Shown here: positions 39,195 through 52,418 of the stretch, piece by piece | Numbering within the stretch: position 1 is the first letter of the stretch | Layout of the letters: the number at the start of each line of letters is the position of its first letter | Assembly: GCA_030390025.1 (NCBI GenBank) | Contig: CM059431.1 | Location: 102,426,001-102,486,000, forward strand | DNA: 60,000 nt | Direction: 5' to 3' | Source of the DNA: Squalus acanthias | Taxonomy: Eukaryota | Position numbers and translations under genes: made by a program | The notes under the pieces: generated by a model | Databases searched by the model: none | What the model was told of the DNA's origin: nothing | Seen by the model: only the letters and a program-made list of their open reading frames with translations

Positions 39195-39690
39195 GAGACC
39201 CTTCTCCGTCCCACTCCGTCCTCAGCCTCCTACACTGTTCCGATGAAGCTCAGTGGAAGCTCACCTGCACAGCACCTCATCTTTTGATTAAGCACTTTAC
39301 AGCCTTCAGGCCTCAATGAGTTCAACAACTTTGGATCATAATCACGGCTCCCATTTCTTCGGCCAGCAGGTGCTGGCAGTGATTCTGCTGTTGCCATTTA
39401 CACCTCCTCTAGACCCATCTTTTGTTTCTTTACTTGTCCCATTGCCATCCCCTGTTGCCTTGCACCATCATCCCTTTTGTCATTTAATCACTCCTACCTT
39501 CCACCCTATCTCAGACCTTTCCTTTTATTCTTTCCTCCACATCCTTTTTCCCTGGCTCTGTACTTGCTTAAAAACTGTTCAATTTCTAACTTCTCCCAGT
39601 TCTGATGAAAGGTCATAGACCTGAAACGTTAACCGTTTCCCTCTGCAAAGATGCTGCCCTGACCTGTTGAGTGTTTTCCAGTTTGTTATT
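39195..39690 (+). mobile_element. Penelope-like element 3' fragment
   Basis: Degenerate GIY-YIG C-terminus-like peptide (SPSHSVLSLLHCSDEAQWKL..QHLIF), pyrimidine-rich UTR, hammerhead motif. Confidence 0.75.
39599..39633 (+). ncRNA. minimal hammerhead ribozyme motif
   Basis: GTT-CTGATGA-A-AGGTC(ata)GACCT-GAAA-CGTT-AAC. Confidence 0.72.
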
Positions 39691-39866
39691 TTAACAGAGA
39701 TGGGAGTCTTCCTGATCTGCCATACGGTGCAGTGCATTTACCACCCAAACCACTGGGATAAAGTTTTAAATGTTCGTTTCTACCTTCCTTACAGCAGGCC
39801 GATATTTCAGCCAGAGTTAGCGAGACCTTCCTACTTTCCAATCCAGCTTTATAGCCTCAACCTTGC

Positions 39867-40372
39867 GGGTACGGTAGCATAGTGGTTATGTCACTGGACC
39901 AGTAATCCAGGGGCCTGGACTAATGATCCAGAGACGCGAGTTCAAATCCCATCACGGCAGCTGGGGAATTTAAATTCAGTTAATTAAATAAATCTGGAAT
40001 AAAAGCTAGTATCAGTAATGGTGACCATGAAACTACTGGATTGTCATAAAAACCCATCTGGTTCACGAATGTCCTCTAGGGAATGAAATCTGCCGTCCTC
40101 ACCTGGTCTGGCCTATATGTGACTCCAGACCCACAGCAATGTGGTTGACTCTTAACTGCCCTCTGAAATGGCCTAACAAGCTACTCAGTTGTATCAAAAC
40201 CACTACAAAGAAGTATACTACTCCCTCCCTCCCTCCTTAACAGCACTGTGGGAGAACCATCACCACACGGACTGCAACCGTTCAAGAAAGCAGCTCACCA
40301 CCACCTCCTCAAGGGATGGGCAATAAATGCTGGCCTTGCCAGCGACGCCCACGCCCAGAGAATGAATAATAA
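39867..40372 (+). mobile_element. second tRNA-derived SINE family
   Basis: A box TAGCATAGTGG, B box GAGTTCAAATCC, LINE-like tail GCAATAAATGCTGGCCTTGCCAGCGACGCCC. Confidence 0.82.
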
Positions 40373-40677
40373 AAAAAAGAGTATTTTTGAAATTAGAACT
40401 ATGTTCCTAAAAATGACTAAGAAACCTGGGTTTACTTTTGAAGACGCGAATTTTAAATAATACTCACTGCCTGGACCTAAAGGAATAAAGGAACGACTGT
40501 ACTATAACGTAGGCGCTGCATTTTATTCCACCTACATTGCTCAGCTGATCTAAACCTGATGTTTTAATAATTCTCTTCCAAGTAATTGTACACAATGCCT
40601 GGATAACTAGAACATTTTGTTTAAAAAAAAAAGTTTAACAAGGGCCGCGTTAATCTAGTAGTCAATCTGCCACTTAC

Positions 40678-40799
40678 CAACATTTGACAAGCCGTTGCTT
40701 TCTCCTCTAACCCTGCAGTTTTGATTCCAAAGCTCTGCTGATCACCAAGGTTTACAAATTCCCAGCCGTCATCCTCACTCATGTTCTCCATATCTTGCG
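40678..40799 (-). CDS. IPO5: importin-5 coding exon
   Basis: [40 protein letters not shown]; ag/gtaagt; 122 nt. Confidence 0.97.
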
Positions 40800-40839
40800 C
40801 TAATAAAAAATTTAAAATGTACTTTTATACATCATGCTG

Positions 40840-41145
40840 AACAACTTGCATTTCTATAGCGCCTTTAACGTAGTAAAAACATCCCGCGGCGCTTCACAGG
40901 AGCGATTATCGGACAACATTCTACACCGAGCCACATAAGGAGATATTAGGACAGCTGGCCAAAGAGGCAGGTTTTAAGGAGTGCCTTAAAAAGGCGAGGG
41001 GTGCAGAGAGGTTTAGGGAGGGAATTCCAGACCTTAGGGCTCAGGCAGCTGAAGGCACGGCCGCCAATGGTGGAGCAACAAAAATGGAGGAAGCACAAGA
41101 GGCCAGAATTGGAGGAGCGCAGAGATCTCGAGAGCTGCAGGAGGT
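40840..41145 (-). mobile_element. L2 3' fragment
   Basis: Matches 4530-4830. Confidence 0.82.
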
Positions 41146-41592
41146 TAGAAATACTACTTTACACAACTGTCCCTGAAAAGGCTCTTTAGAATTCCTGTTG
41201 TTGCCCCACTAAACATGGACCAACTGTGAAGCCAAAAAGCAAGAGTAGAATTACATAGAAAAGCCATTTTGTTTGCTCTGGTACACTACTGAACACAAGT
41301 TTAAAAAACTTTTCCCTTCATGTAAAATAAATTAAAATTCCTATTTTAGGACCCTGGCATTTGTTCCATTATTAATTTGAAGTCATTATTCAAATTACTG
41401 GATAATTCAAATTTTGAGGGGGTCAAAAAATTCAGATTCAAAAAAGGAGCAGAGTATAATTGTAAACCCATTTTAAAAAGTATTAATGTGCTTGTTTCAC
41501 AGCACTGTCACAATATCAATTTGTGAGCCATTAAACCCGAGCCAGATGATTTTCCTACCTATTCTAATCTCAAGTTGTTGGCTGTTTTATAT

Positions 41593-42034
41593 AGACTTGT
41601 ATTTATATAGCAGCGTTCATGACCTCAGGAAGACTGCTCAAAATTAAGGTGTCAGCCAATGAAGTACTGTTGTAATGTAGGAAATGCAGCAGCCAATTTG
41701 CACACAGCAAGCTCCCACAAACAGCAATGCGATGACTACCTGAATCTGTTTTAGGTGTTGGTTGAGGGATAAATATTGGCCAGGACACCAGGGAGAAACT
41801 CCCCTGCTCTTCTTTGAAATAGTGCCATGGGATCTTCCACATCCACCCGAGAGCAGAGGGGGCCTCGGTAACATCTCATCTGAAAGAAGGCACCTCCGAC
41901 AGTGCAGCACTCCATCAGTACTGCAGTGAAAGTGTCAGACGAGATTGTGCGCTCAAGTCTCTGGAATGGGGACTTGAACCCATGGCCATCTGACTGAGGC
42001 GAGAGCGTGCTAAGAAACTGAGCCACGGCTGACA
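41593..42034 (-). mobile_element. same SINE family, near full length
   Basis: Head, core and tail all present. Confidence 0.87.
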
Positions 42035-43033
42035 CCTTCATTTTGAGCAGTCTTCCTGCAGAATGGAGTTCAAAAACCTGTTCCCACTAATTCACAGCTG
42101 TTGACTGAAGACGCGTCGAACGCCAGCACAAACAGTGTACTTAGTTTCAATTTTAACAAAACATTAATTTGTGAATCGAAGACACAAATGAACCAAACTT
42201 GCTTGGAGGGCAGAAACCAACTTGGCCGGTTTTTGAAACAAAGGGAACAGTAGGTTCCTTCTGTGAGCGTGACCTCCATTTCAAAAGGTAGAGGCTGATT
42301 CTCAGCAACTGTGCAAAAGCTTATCTACTGCCACAAGAACACATTGTTGGTGCTTGAACGTTACAGCCACTCGGTTAGGAAACTGTCGGCATTTTGATGA
42401 AAGTGTCACAAGTTTAACAACAGTAACCTCAGCCTACTCCAAGCTAAATGCTCCTCCCTTTCGAAGCTGCACAGCAAGGTGTGTAGCAATTGTTGCACCG
42501 TCTGCCCATTTTTGAATGAAAATTAATATCCTCTGCAATTCAGAGAATTGTTAAACAAAACTTCTACCCTCTTTAAATAATGGTGTAGCTCTTGCAACAA
42601 CAGTATTGTATCAGTGCGTGAAACAGAGCATTTCAGTGTCATAAATCATTGCTACATCTGAACTCAATAGCAGTTTTTCGGGATACCCATGCTTTTATTA
42701 AACTAAAAATAGGACTATGGTTTTAAAAGTGTTTCTGGCACCCAATGCTTGCATTTGACTGGAATATGTGCGATGTAGATTGCTCAATGCCGAATACACC
42801 TCCCTCCAATCTGCCCCAGTGCATCCTGCACTCTCCAGAAGGGAAGCAGTATTGTGTGCATGGGTGCAGGCCCATGTGCGTCTGCAACTCCTCAATATCT
42901 CACTGAAATGGCCCATGTGTAAACCCAGTGTCAGCAGGCTAAAATTAACTATTGAATCCAATCCTTCGCTCAGCCAACATGCACAAACAGACACACTTTC
43001 CAACACGATACTGATTGAGCTAGGATCCTAGCT

Positions 43034-44563
43034 CAGAGGTTCTCAAACTTTACTTAGTGTACTCCACCCCCCTTCTAGATCGACCAGCTGCCCACTTAAC
43101 CCTACCAGCAGACAGGTTTACTTTTTTAACCCCTTTAATCCCCAAGCATTGTACAAAATGTACAAATTATAATATACGTATACAACTTAGTGTCCGGTGA
43201 TTGGAGGCGCGGGCTCGGTACGTCATCGTCTCTGCGTATCGGTGTTCTCATTGATACAACTTGAAGTAAATTAACTACTTTAACAAATTCCCAGAGTTTT
43301 AAAGCTTCACCTGAGTAGCCTATTATAGAAATGTAATAAATAAAATCCACCAGTAGACAATTTCTCCCATGTACACCACCCCCCCCCCCGCCACCAAACA
43401 TAGAAGATAGGAGCAGGAGTAGGCCATTCGGCCCCTCGAGCCTGCTCTGCCATTTAATGCAATCATGGCTGATCATCCAAACTCAGTACCCTGTCCCTGC
43501 TCTCCCCATATCCCATGATACCTTTAGCCTTAAGAAATATATCTAACTCCTTCTTGAATATATTTAATGAATTGGCCTCAACTGCCTTCTGTGGTAGAGA
43601 ATTCCACAGGTTCACCACTCTCTGGGTGAAGAAATTCCTCCTCATCTCAGTCCTAAATGGCTTTCCCCTTATCCTTAGACTGTGACCCCTGGTTCTGGAC
43701 TCCCCCGCCATCGGGAACATCCTTCCTGCATCTAGTCTGTCTAGTCCTGTTAGAATTTTATAAGTTTCAATGAGATCCCCTCTCATTCTTCTAAACTCTA
43801 GCGAATACAAGCCCAATCGACCCAATCTCTCTTCATAAGTCATTCCTGCCATCCCAGGTATCAGTCTGGTGAATCTTCGCTGAACTCCCTCCATGGCTAG
43901 AACATCCTTCCTCAAATAAGGCGACCAAAACTGCACACAATACTCAAGGTGTGGTCTCACCAAGGCCCTGTACAACTGCAGCAAGACATCCTTGTTCCTG
44001 TACTCGAACCCTTTCGCTACGAAGGCCAACATACCATTTGCCTTCTTAACCGCCTGCTGCACCTGCATGCTTACCTTCAGCGACTGGTGCACAAGGACAC
44101 CCAGGTCTCGTTGCACTTCCCCTTTTCCCAATCTATTGCCGTTCAGAATAATCTGTCTTCCTGTTTTTGCCACCAAAGTGGATAACCTCGCATTTATCCA
44201 CATTATACTGCATCTGCCATGCATCTGCCCAATCACCCAACCTGTCCAAATCATACTGGAGTTTCTCTGCATCCTCCTCACAGCACACACGCCCACCCAG
44301 CTTTGTGTCGTCTGCAAACTTGGAGATATTACATCTAGTTCCCTCGTCTAGATCATTAATATATATTGTGAATAGCTGGGGTCCTAGCACCGATCCCTGT
44401 GGTACCCCACTAGTCACTGCCTGCCACTCGGAAAAAGACCCATTTATTCCAACTCTTCGCCAACCAGTTCTCTCTCCAAGTCAGTACCTTACCCCCAATC
44501 CCATGTCAAATGATGTCTCGCGTTCCCCCCAGGGGTATATGTACCACATTTTGGGAATCCCTG
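43034..44563. mobile_element. hAT (Charlie-like) non-autonomous DNA transposon carrying a CR1 insertion
   Basis: TIR CAGAGGTTCTCAAACT / ATTTTGGGAATCCCTG; 8-bp TSD TCCTAGCT / TCCTAGGT. Confidence 0.78.
43398..44505 (-). mobile_element. young CR1 RT/3' fragment
   Basis: GVPQGSVLGPQLF..FADDTK..FFTQRVVNLWN; frameshift between ORFs 44133 and 43463. Confidence 0.94.
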
Positions 44564-45246
44564 TCCTAGGTGACTCGCTCGCAGATAGACTTCGAATTGG
44601 CCTGGGATCTTTTGGTTTGTAGGGTTTAGTACTAAACTATATGGTGATTTTACCCAGTAGCCATCCAGAGAGCCACAGTAAGCCTTAACTTGAGCCGTGG
44701 GACAATACGCACCAGGGTAGCTCGGGCATAAACAAATTGTCTTGTAAAGTGCAAATAAACAGTTAATATTAAATATAATTGTCAGCCATCAGCATGGAGC
44801 TGCTGGGCTGAATGGCCAGTTTCGGTGCTGCAAATACTTTGCGCCCCTCTTAGGGCGCTAAGCAACCGAACCCCCCCCCCCCAATGTTTTCAAGGGGAGA
44901 CTGGATAGGCACTTGAGGGAAATAAACTTGCAGGGCTCCCGGGATAGAGCAGGGGAATGGGACTGACTGGATTGCTCCACAGAGAGCCAGCACAGACTCA
45001 ATGGGCCGAATGGCCTCCTTCTGCGCCGTTATGACTGACTCTAATCGGGCCTGCTTGCCCAAAGCAGTAAGTATCTCAAATACCCCAAATAATCAGTAGG
45101 ATCGTGGTTCACAATAGCAAAATGACAAAGACCGCGTAAGTTAATTGGTTGTCGGCCTACTTTTAACTTCGAGCTCAAAACACTTCCATTTAGAATGGAT
45201 GAGGGCAGGGAGAAGAGTGCAGCTTGTAGGTGTCTGCTGTACTTAC

Positions 45247-45379
45247 TGTCCAGGAGGGCCACTTCAGGTTTAATTGAAGCAGTCTTCATCAGTGGTCCCA
45301 TAACAACAGGAAGGTACTGCTGGAACTCCTTACCAAGGATCTTACACATTCTTGCCCATGCAGAGATCATGTAAGATAT
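45247..45379 (-). CDS. IPO5: importin-5 coding exon
   Basis: [44 protein letters not shown]; ag/gtaagt; 133 nt. Confidence 0.97.
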
Positions 45380-45524
45380 CTAGGAGAAATAGAAAATTAG
45401 TCTGAGTGACAGCCTGAGGTTCAAATCTCATTTTGTTCCCCCAGAGCTAACAATTAATAGTCAGACCCACAGGATTGGATTGAAAAAATTAATATACACA
45501 GATAGCTACGTGTGTACATCTAAA

Positions 45525-45625
45525 ATAAATATATATATCTATATACACACATACATACACACGCTATCTAACTATATCTATACACAATATATGTTACATA
45601 TACACACAATATATGTTACACACGT
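45525..45625. repeat. TA/CA low-complexity microsatellite with short tandem repeat
   Basis: TATACACAATATATGTTACA twice amid (TA)n/(CA)n. Confidence 0.8.
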
Positions 45626-46159
45626 GCACAGCAAATTTTAAAGCAATATTCAGAAGCATTTGTGGTTCTTTAAGTTTAAGACAAAGCTAATCAAGACTTG
45701 TTTACAAATTACGAAAGAAAATATACATTAGTTTTATTAATAACGTTAGTTGGTTGATTAAAGAGAACTGAAAGTCATTTTAGTTTAAAAGTGGATTTCT
45801 TTTTTATATACACACACGCGAGAAATTGACATTCTGCTGAAGTGTGGATTATTATTGCAGTACTCATCAAGCAGTGGCAACACGTAGTAATTTAAACACT
45901 TAATTAATGGTGCTCCAAGACTTCCTCCCAAGTCAAGTGGAAGTCATGCTGAAAATTGAAGTTTGCTCATTCCATTCCCATTATGGGAGAGAGCATCAAC
46001 ATGAAACAGCTCTAAGTATTGCCACTCAGCTTCGTTTACAGTGGACAGATGACAGCACCACTGCATGTCATCATTCTGATCTGGCACCATGTAGCCAAGT
46101 CAATGCCTCATGTTCAGTTAATAAGAGAACCCTTTCATATGGATAAACCCACTTCAAAG

Positions 46160-46500
46160 GGTTCTGATAAGAGCAAATAAGGAGAAACTGTTTCCAGTGG
46201 CAGAAGGGTTAGTAACCAGAGGACACAGATTGAAGATAATTAGCAAAAGAACCAGAGGGGAGATGAGGAGAACTGTTTTTACACAGCGAGTTATGATGAT
46301 TTGGAATTCACTGCCTGAAAGGGCGGTGGAAGAAGATTCAATACTAACTTTCAAAAGGGAATTGGATAAATACTTGAAAAGAAAAGATTTGTAGGGATAT
46401 GAGGAAAGAGGAGTGGGACCAATTGAAGAGCTCTTTCAAAGAGCCGGCAGAGACACGATGGGCCGAATGGCCTCCTTCTGTGCTGTAAGATTCTATGAAA
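46160..46500 (+). mobile_element. CR1 3' fragment
   Basis: TRGHRLK..FTQRVMMIWNSLP. Confidence 0.85.
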
Positions 46501-47197
46501 CAGATTTTGCCCCAGAGAAAGATGGGCCAATTTTTTTTTTTTAAAAAGGCAACCACCCCCTCTCCAATTTCCTCCCACCCCCTCACCGAGACTCACAGAT
46601 GCCCTCTGTCCTTGGCCAAGTAGCCACTGCACAAATGCAAAGAATTTATAGTCGAGTATCAGTGGGCTAATTTTGACCGTGCTTAAGCTGTATTGTCTTC
46701 CCCAACCATGTCCTCGGCCACAACCACATGCACGCACTTTCCCAGCTGGTTTTAAGAATAGCGATCAGCAGTAGCAAACGCCTGATTTTCCCCCCCTTCC
46801 CCGCCCATCCAATTGCAGTCCCCTGCTCCCCCAACAGCTGCCCCTGGCTATGATCAGCACAGACTGGGGACTTAACACAGGACTTTCTGCTTTATGTGCA
46901 CACCAGGTGCTGCCGGCAATGTTTATAAAAGAAAAGAGCAACTTGCAGCAGAAATCTTCGACTCACCGGTGATTCAGGAAGAACATGAAAGAACTTTTGT
47001 TTTTTGAAGAGCAAAATTAAGAGAACAAGGATCTCTAGCAATTAAAAGATGGGTCTGCTTGTAGAAACTAGAAAACCGGCTATGCTATTTCACTGTTAGG
47101 AAGGCAGCAACATAATTTACAATACAAAGTGATTCCTTACAGAGCGAGACTGCGCACTCAAATACCACATCCTCATTGCCAAAACAAGTCGACATAC

Positions 47198-47281
47198 CTG
47201 TGGGTCGTCATCCTCCAATTCGCTGGAATCGGTTTGGGTTTTTAGAAGCAACTGCATCACATCAGAGGCGTCTTGCATAAA
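47198..47281 (-). CDS. IPO5: importin-5 coding exon
   Basis: [28 protein letters not shown]; ag/gtatgt; 84 nt. Confidence 0.97.
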
Positions 47282-47367
47282 CTACAAAAACACAACTAGA
47301 GTTAATGGAATGAACTGCACTGCCGAACCGGGAAAAACTTTTGAAACTTTTCATAAAATCGGGTTAC

Positions 47368-47586
47368 CTTATCTTTACCAACAGCAAGGCCTATCAGGCT
47401 GATGCACTCGATGGTCTTGCCTCTCAGGAGTCGGAGCTCTTTCTGTACTCCGTTTTCCACAATGTGCTTCAGCGATGGCATGAACAAGTCGTAATATGGG
47501 ACAAATTTCTCCTCTGCAGTGTCGGCCACAGAAGCAATGGATGTAACAACCTGCTCTAGTACCAACTTAGTTCCTTTCTGTATGAG
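47368..47586 (-). CDS. IPO5: importin-5 coding exon
   Basis: [28 protein letters not shown]...GLAVGKDK; ag/gtaac; 219 nt. Confidence 0.97.
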
Positions 47587-47694
47587 CTATAGGGAGAACA
47601 AAACATCAATATATACAGTTTCACTGCAATCTTGAGGTACGTGAAAAATGCTGAATAAGGATACACGTAAACCCCTCTCGTCTCTGCGCAGGTC

Positions 47695-48720
47695 ACGTAG
47701 GAACAGGGGGAGGTCATTCAGCCCCTCGAGCTTGTTCCCCTGTTCAATTAGATCATGGCTGATCTGTACCTTCAACTCCCTTTACCCGCCTTTGACCCAT
47801 ATCCCACGATAGCTTTACTCAATAAAAAAAATCTGCCAATCTCAGCCGTGAAAATTTCAGTTGAACCCCAGCATCCAGCCTTTTGGGGGAAAGAATATTA
47901 CACATTTCCTCTACCCTTTGTGGAATAAGTGATTCCCGATTTTACTCCTGAATGGCCTAGCTCTAATTTGAACATTGGGTTGCCCTGTTCTGTATTCACC
48001 CATCAGTGGAAATAGTTTCTCTCTATGCACCCTATCAAATTCCTTTATCATTTTAACCACCTCAATTAGCTCACCCCTCAACTTCCTAAACTCAAGGGAA
48101 TACAAACCTAGTCTATGTAACCGGTCTTCATAATTTAACCCTTTAAGCCCCGGTAGCATACAGCTGAGTCTGCACTGTACCCGTCAAAGGCCAATTTATT
48201 GTTCGAGGTGCTTTGGCCAAAACTCAACGCAGTACTGCAGGTGGAGTCTGACCAAGTCTCTGTACAACTGAAGCATAACTTCCTCCCTTTAGTATTCTGA
48301 CCATCTTGAGGTAAAACCTAACATCACATTACCTTTTGTACCTGTGCACTAGCTTTTATTGGTTTGTGTATTCAAATCCCTTTGGTTCTCTGCAGTTTCG
48401 AGTCACTCGCCATTAAGAAAATATTCTGATTGTCTTTCTTGGATTACCTCACGTGTCCCCACATTGAACTCCACCTGCCACACATTTGCCCACTCACTTA
48501 ATCTGTCTGTGTTCCTTTGTAACTTCCAGCTCCCATACAACTTACCGTGCCTCCTAACTTGGTGTCATCTGCAAACTTGGATATACAACTCTTTATTCCT
48601 TCATCCAAGTCATTGATACAGATATAGATATGGTGAAAAGCTGAGGCCCCAGTACAGATCCCTGGGGAACACCACTTGTCACATTCTGCCAATCTGAGAA
48701 CATTCCCTTTATCCCTACCT
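47695..48720 (-). mobile_element. older CR1 RT/3' fragment
   Basis: GVPQGSVLGP, FADDTK, LGLYSLEFR. Confidence 0.87.
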
Positions 48721-48774
48721 CAATGACAAACCTCATTATTCTTAATGAGGTCTCAATTTTCATTGCATACCACG

Positions 48775-51700
48775 GATAAGAACATAAGAACATAAGAAAT
48801 AGGAGCAGGAGTAGGCCAATCGGCCCCTCGAGCCTGCTCCGCCATTCAATAAGATCATGGCTGATCTGATCCTAACCGCCAATCTACTATCTATCACAGA
48901 ACCATCTCCTGCATCTAACAGAATTGCACACACGAAATAGGAGCAGAATCAGGCTACACAGTCCCTGGGCCCGCTCCACTACCCACAGGGCCATGACCGA
49001 TCCGAACCTAGACTCATGTCCAAATTCCTGCCCGCTCCCCGTAACCCTTAATGCCCTTTACTTCTAGGAAACTGTCTATTTCTGTTTTAAATTTAATTAA
49101 TGTTGTAGCTTCTACAGCTTTTTGTGGCAGCATATTCCATGGACCTACCACCCTCTGAGTGAAGTAGTTCCTCCTCATCTCAGTTTTGAAAGAGCAGCCC
49201 CTTATTCTAAGACTATGTCCCCTAGTTCTCGTCTCACCCGTCATCGGGAACATCCTCCCCGCATCCACCCGATCCAACCCCTTCACAATCTTATATGTTT
49301 CAATAAGATCGCCTCTCATTCTTCTGAACTCCAATGAGTAGAGTCCCAATCTACCCAACCTCTCCTCATATGACCACCCCCTCATCCCCGGGATTAACCG
49401 AGTGAACCTTTTTTGCACTGCCTCGAGAGCAAGGATGTCTTTCCTTAAGTAAGGACACCAAAACTGTATGCAGTATTCCAGGTGCGGTCTCACCAATACC
49501 TTGTACAACTGAAGCAATACCTCCCTATTTTTATATTCTATCCCCCTAGCAATGAAAGCCAACATTCCATTTGCCTTCTTAATCACTTGCTGCACCTGCA
49601 TACTAACCTTTTGAGTTTCGTGCACCAGGACCCCCAGATCCCTTTGCACTTCAGTACTCTCCAGTTTCTTGCCATTAAGATAATAAATTGCTCTAGGATT
49701 TTTCCTGCCAAAGTGCATCACCTCACACTTTCCAGTGTTGTATTCCATCTGCCAAATCTCTGCCCACTTACTTAGCCTGTCTATGTCCCCTTGCAGGTTT
49801 TTTATGTCCTCCTCACTCACTACTTTCCCTCCCATCTTTGTATCATCTGCAAATTTTGATATGTTACACTTGGTCCCTTCCTCCAAATCGTTAATATAGA
49901 TTGTGAAGAGTTGGGGACCCAGCACTGACCCCTGTGGAACACCACTAGTTACTGATTGCCAGTCTGAGAATGAACCATTTATCCCAACTCTTTGCTTTCT
50001 GTTAGATAGCCAATCCTCTATCCATGCCAGAATATTACCCCCAATCCCGTGATTTTTTACCTTAAGCAATAATCTTTTGTGTGGCACCTTGTCAAATGCC
50101 TTTTGGAAGTCTAAATACACTACGTCCACTGGTTCCCCTTTATCCACTCTATGTTACTTCCTCAAAGAACTCCAGCAAATTTGTCAAACATGACTTCCCC
50201 TTCGTAAAACCATGCTGACTTTGTCCTATTAAATTATGATTATCCAAATGTCCTGTTACTGTTTCCTTAATAATGGACTCCAAAATTTTACCTACCACAG
50301 ATGTTAGGCTAACCGGTCTATAGTTACCAGCCTTCTGTCTACTGCCCTTTTTAAATAAGGGTGTTACATTAGCAGTTTTCCAGTCTGCCGGGACCTTAGC
50401 GGAATCCAGGGAGTTTTGAAAAATTACCAATGCATCTACAATCCCTACCGCCACTTCCTTCAAGACTCTAGGATGTAAGCCATCAGGTCCAGGTGATTTA
50501 TCCGCCTTGAGTCCCATTATTTTACCGAGTACCACTTCCTTAGTGATTTTGATCGTGTTTAGCTCCTCTCCCCCTATAGCCCCCTGTTTGTCCAGTGTTG
50601 GGATATTCTTAGTGTCCTCTACTGTAAAGACTGATACAAAATATTCATTCAGTGTTTTTGCCATCTCCATATTTCCCACCATTAATTTCCCGGTCTCATC
50701 CTCTAAGGGACCAACATTTACTTTAGCCACCCTTTTTCTTTTTATATAACTATAAAAACTCTTACTATCTGTTTTTATATTTTTTGCTAATTTACTTTCA
50801 TAATCTATCTTCCCTTTCTTAATCAATCTTTTTGTTATTTTTTGCTGCCTTTTAAAGTTTTCCCAATCCTCTGTCCTCCCACTAGATTTCGCTACCTTAT
50901 ATGCCCTTGTTTTTAGTCGAATACTATCCTTAATTTCTTTACTTAGCCACGGATGACTGTCCTTTCTTTTACACCCTTTTCTTTTCAGTGGAATATTTTT
51001 TTTTGGAAGTTGTAAAATAACTCCTTGAATGTACACCACTGATCATGTGTCGTCTTACCCTTTAATCTATTTTCCCAATCCACTCTACTCAATTCCGCTC
51101 GCATACCTTCATAGTCTCCTTTATTCAAGCTTAGCACGCTTGTTTGAGATCCAACCTTCTCACCCTCTAATTGAATATGGAATTCAACCATGTTATGGTC
51201 ACTCATTCCAAGGGGATCCTTTACTAGGACATTTTTAATTAATCCTGTCTCGTTACACAGGACCAGATCTAAGGTTGCTTGCCCCCTGGTCGGTTCAGTT
51301 ACATACTGCTCAAGAAACCCATCCCTAATACACTCAATGAACTCATCCTCAAGGCAGCCCTGCCCCATTTGATTTGTCCAATTAATATGATAGTTAAAAT
51401 CCCCCATAATTATAGATGTTCCCTTATTACATGCCTCAACTATTTCCTGATTGATACTCCGTCCAATAGAGTTGCAACTGTTCGGAGGCCTATAGACTAC
51501 GCCCACTAGTGTTTTTTTCCCCTTATTATTCCTTATCTCCACCCAAACTGTTTCATTATCATGATTTTTTGACCCAATATCATTACTCTGTATTAGTGAT
51601 TCCTTCCTTTATTAACATAGCCACCCCACCTCCCCTTCCTTCCTGCCTGTCCTTCCTGATCGTTAAATAACCTGGTATGTTTAATTCCCAGGCATGGTCA

Positions 51701-52310
51701 CCCTGCAGCCATGTTTCTGTAATGGCCACAATATCATAACCATATGTAGTTATTTGTGCCATTAACTCGTCTATTTTGTTACGAATGCTACGTGCATTCA
51801 GATAGAGAACTTTCAAATATGCTTTGTGGCACTTAGTTCCTGCTTTTTCACTTTTTACCAGTTTACCTTTTACTCCACACACTCTGTCCCTTCCTGCCAC
51901 GCTCCGATTTGTGATTCCCCTACTGCTACCTATGTCTATGACCCTCTCTGTTGTCATTTTTATTTTTTTGCTCTCTTGAAACCTCCCCCCCACTAATTAG
52001 TTTAAAGCCCTCTCCACAGCCCTAGTTATTCGATTCGCCAGGACACTAGTCCCAGCACTGGCCAAGTGAAGTCCGTCCCAACGGAACAGCTCTCTCCTGC
52101 CCCAGTACTGGTGCCAGTGTCCCAAGAAGCAAAACCCATTTTTCCCACACCAGTCTTTGAGCCACGCATTCAACTCCCTGATTTTATTTACCCTAGCCAA
52201 ATTTGCTCGTGGCTCAGGTAGTAATCCAGAGATTATTACCCTCGAGGTTCTGCTTTTTAATTTGGCCCCTAGCTGCTCAAACTCCCTCAGCAGAACCTCT
52301 TTCCTTGTCA
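48775..52310 (-). mobile_element. near full-length CR1 LINE (ORF1 esterase C-terminus, complete ORF2 APE+RT, three frameshifts)
   Basis: ORF1 ..NAWLKDWC..DGLHL (SGNH esterase); APE YLNARSIRNK, AITETWL, VYRPP, IMGDFN; RT LDFQKAFD, GVPQGSVLGP, FADD; (TTCTTATG)n tail. Confidence 0.95.
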
Positions 52311-52418
52311 GGACACTATTTAAAAGGATTTCCCCCCTCCCCCCCAATAAAGTTTAATAAAAAATAGTTCACCAAGTAAAGGCTGAAGTGGACTAACCGA
52401 AGGTGGAAAGCAACTTAC

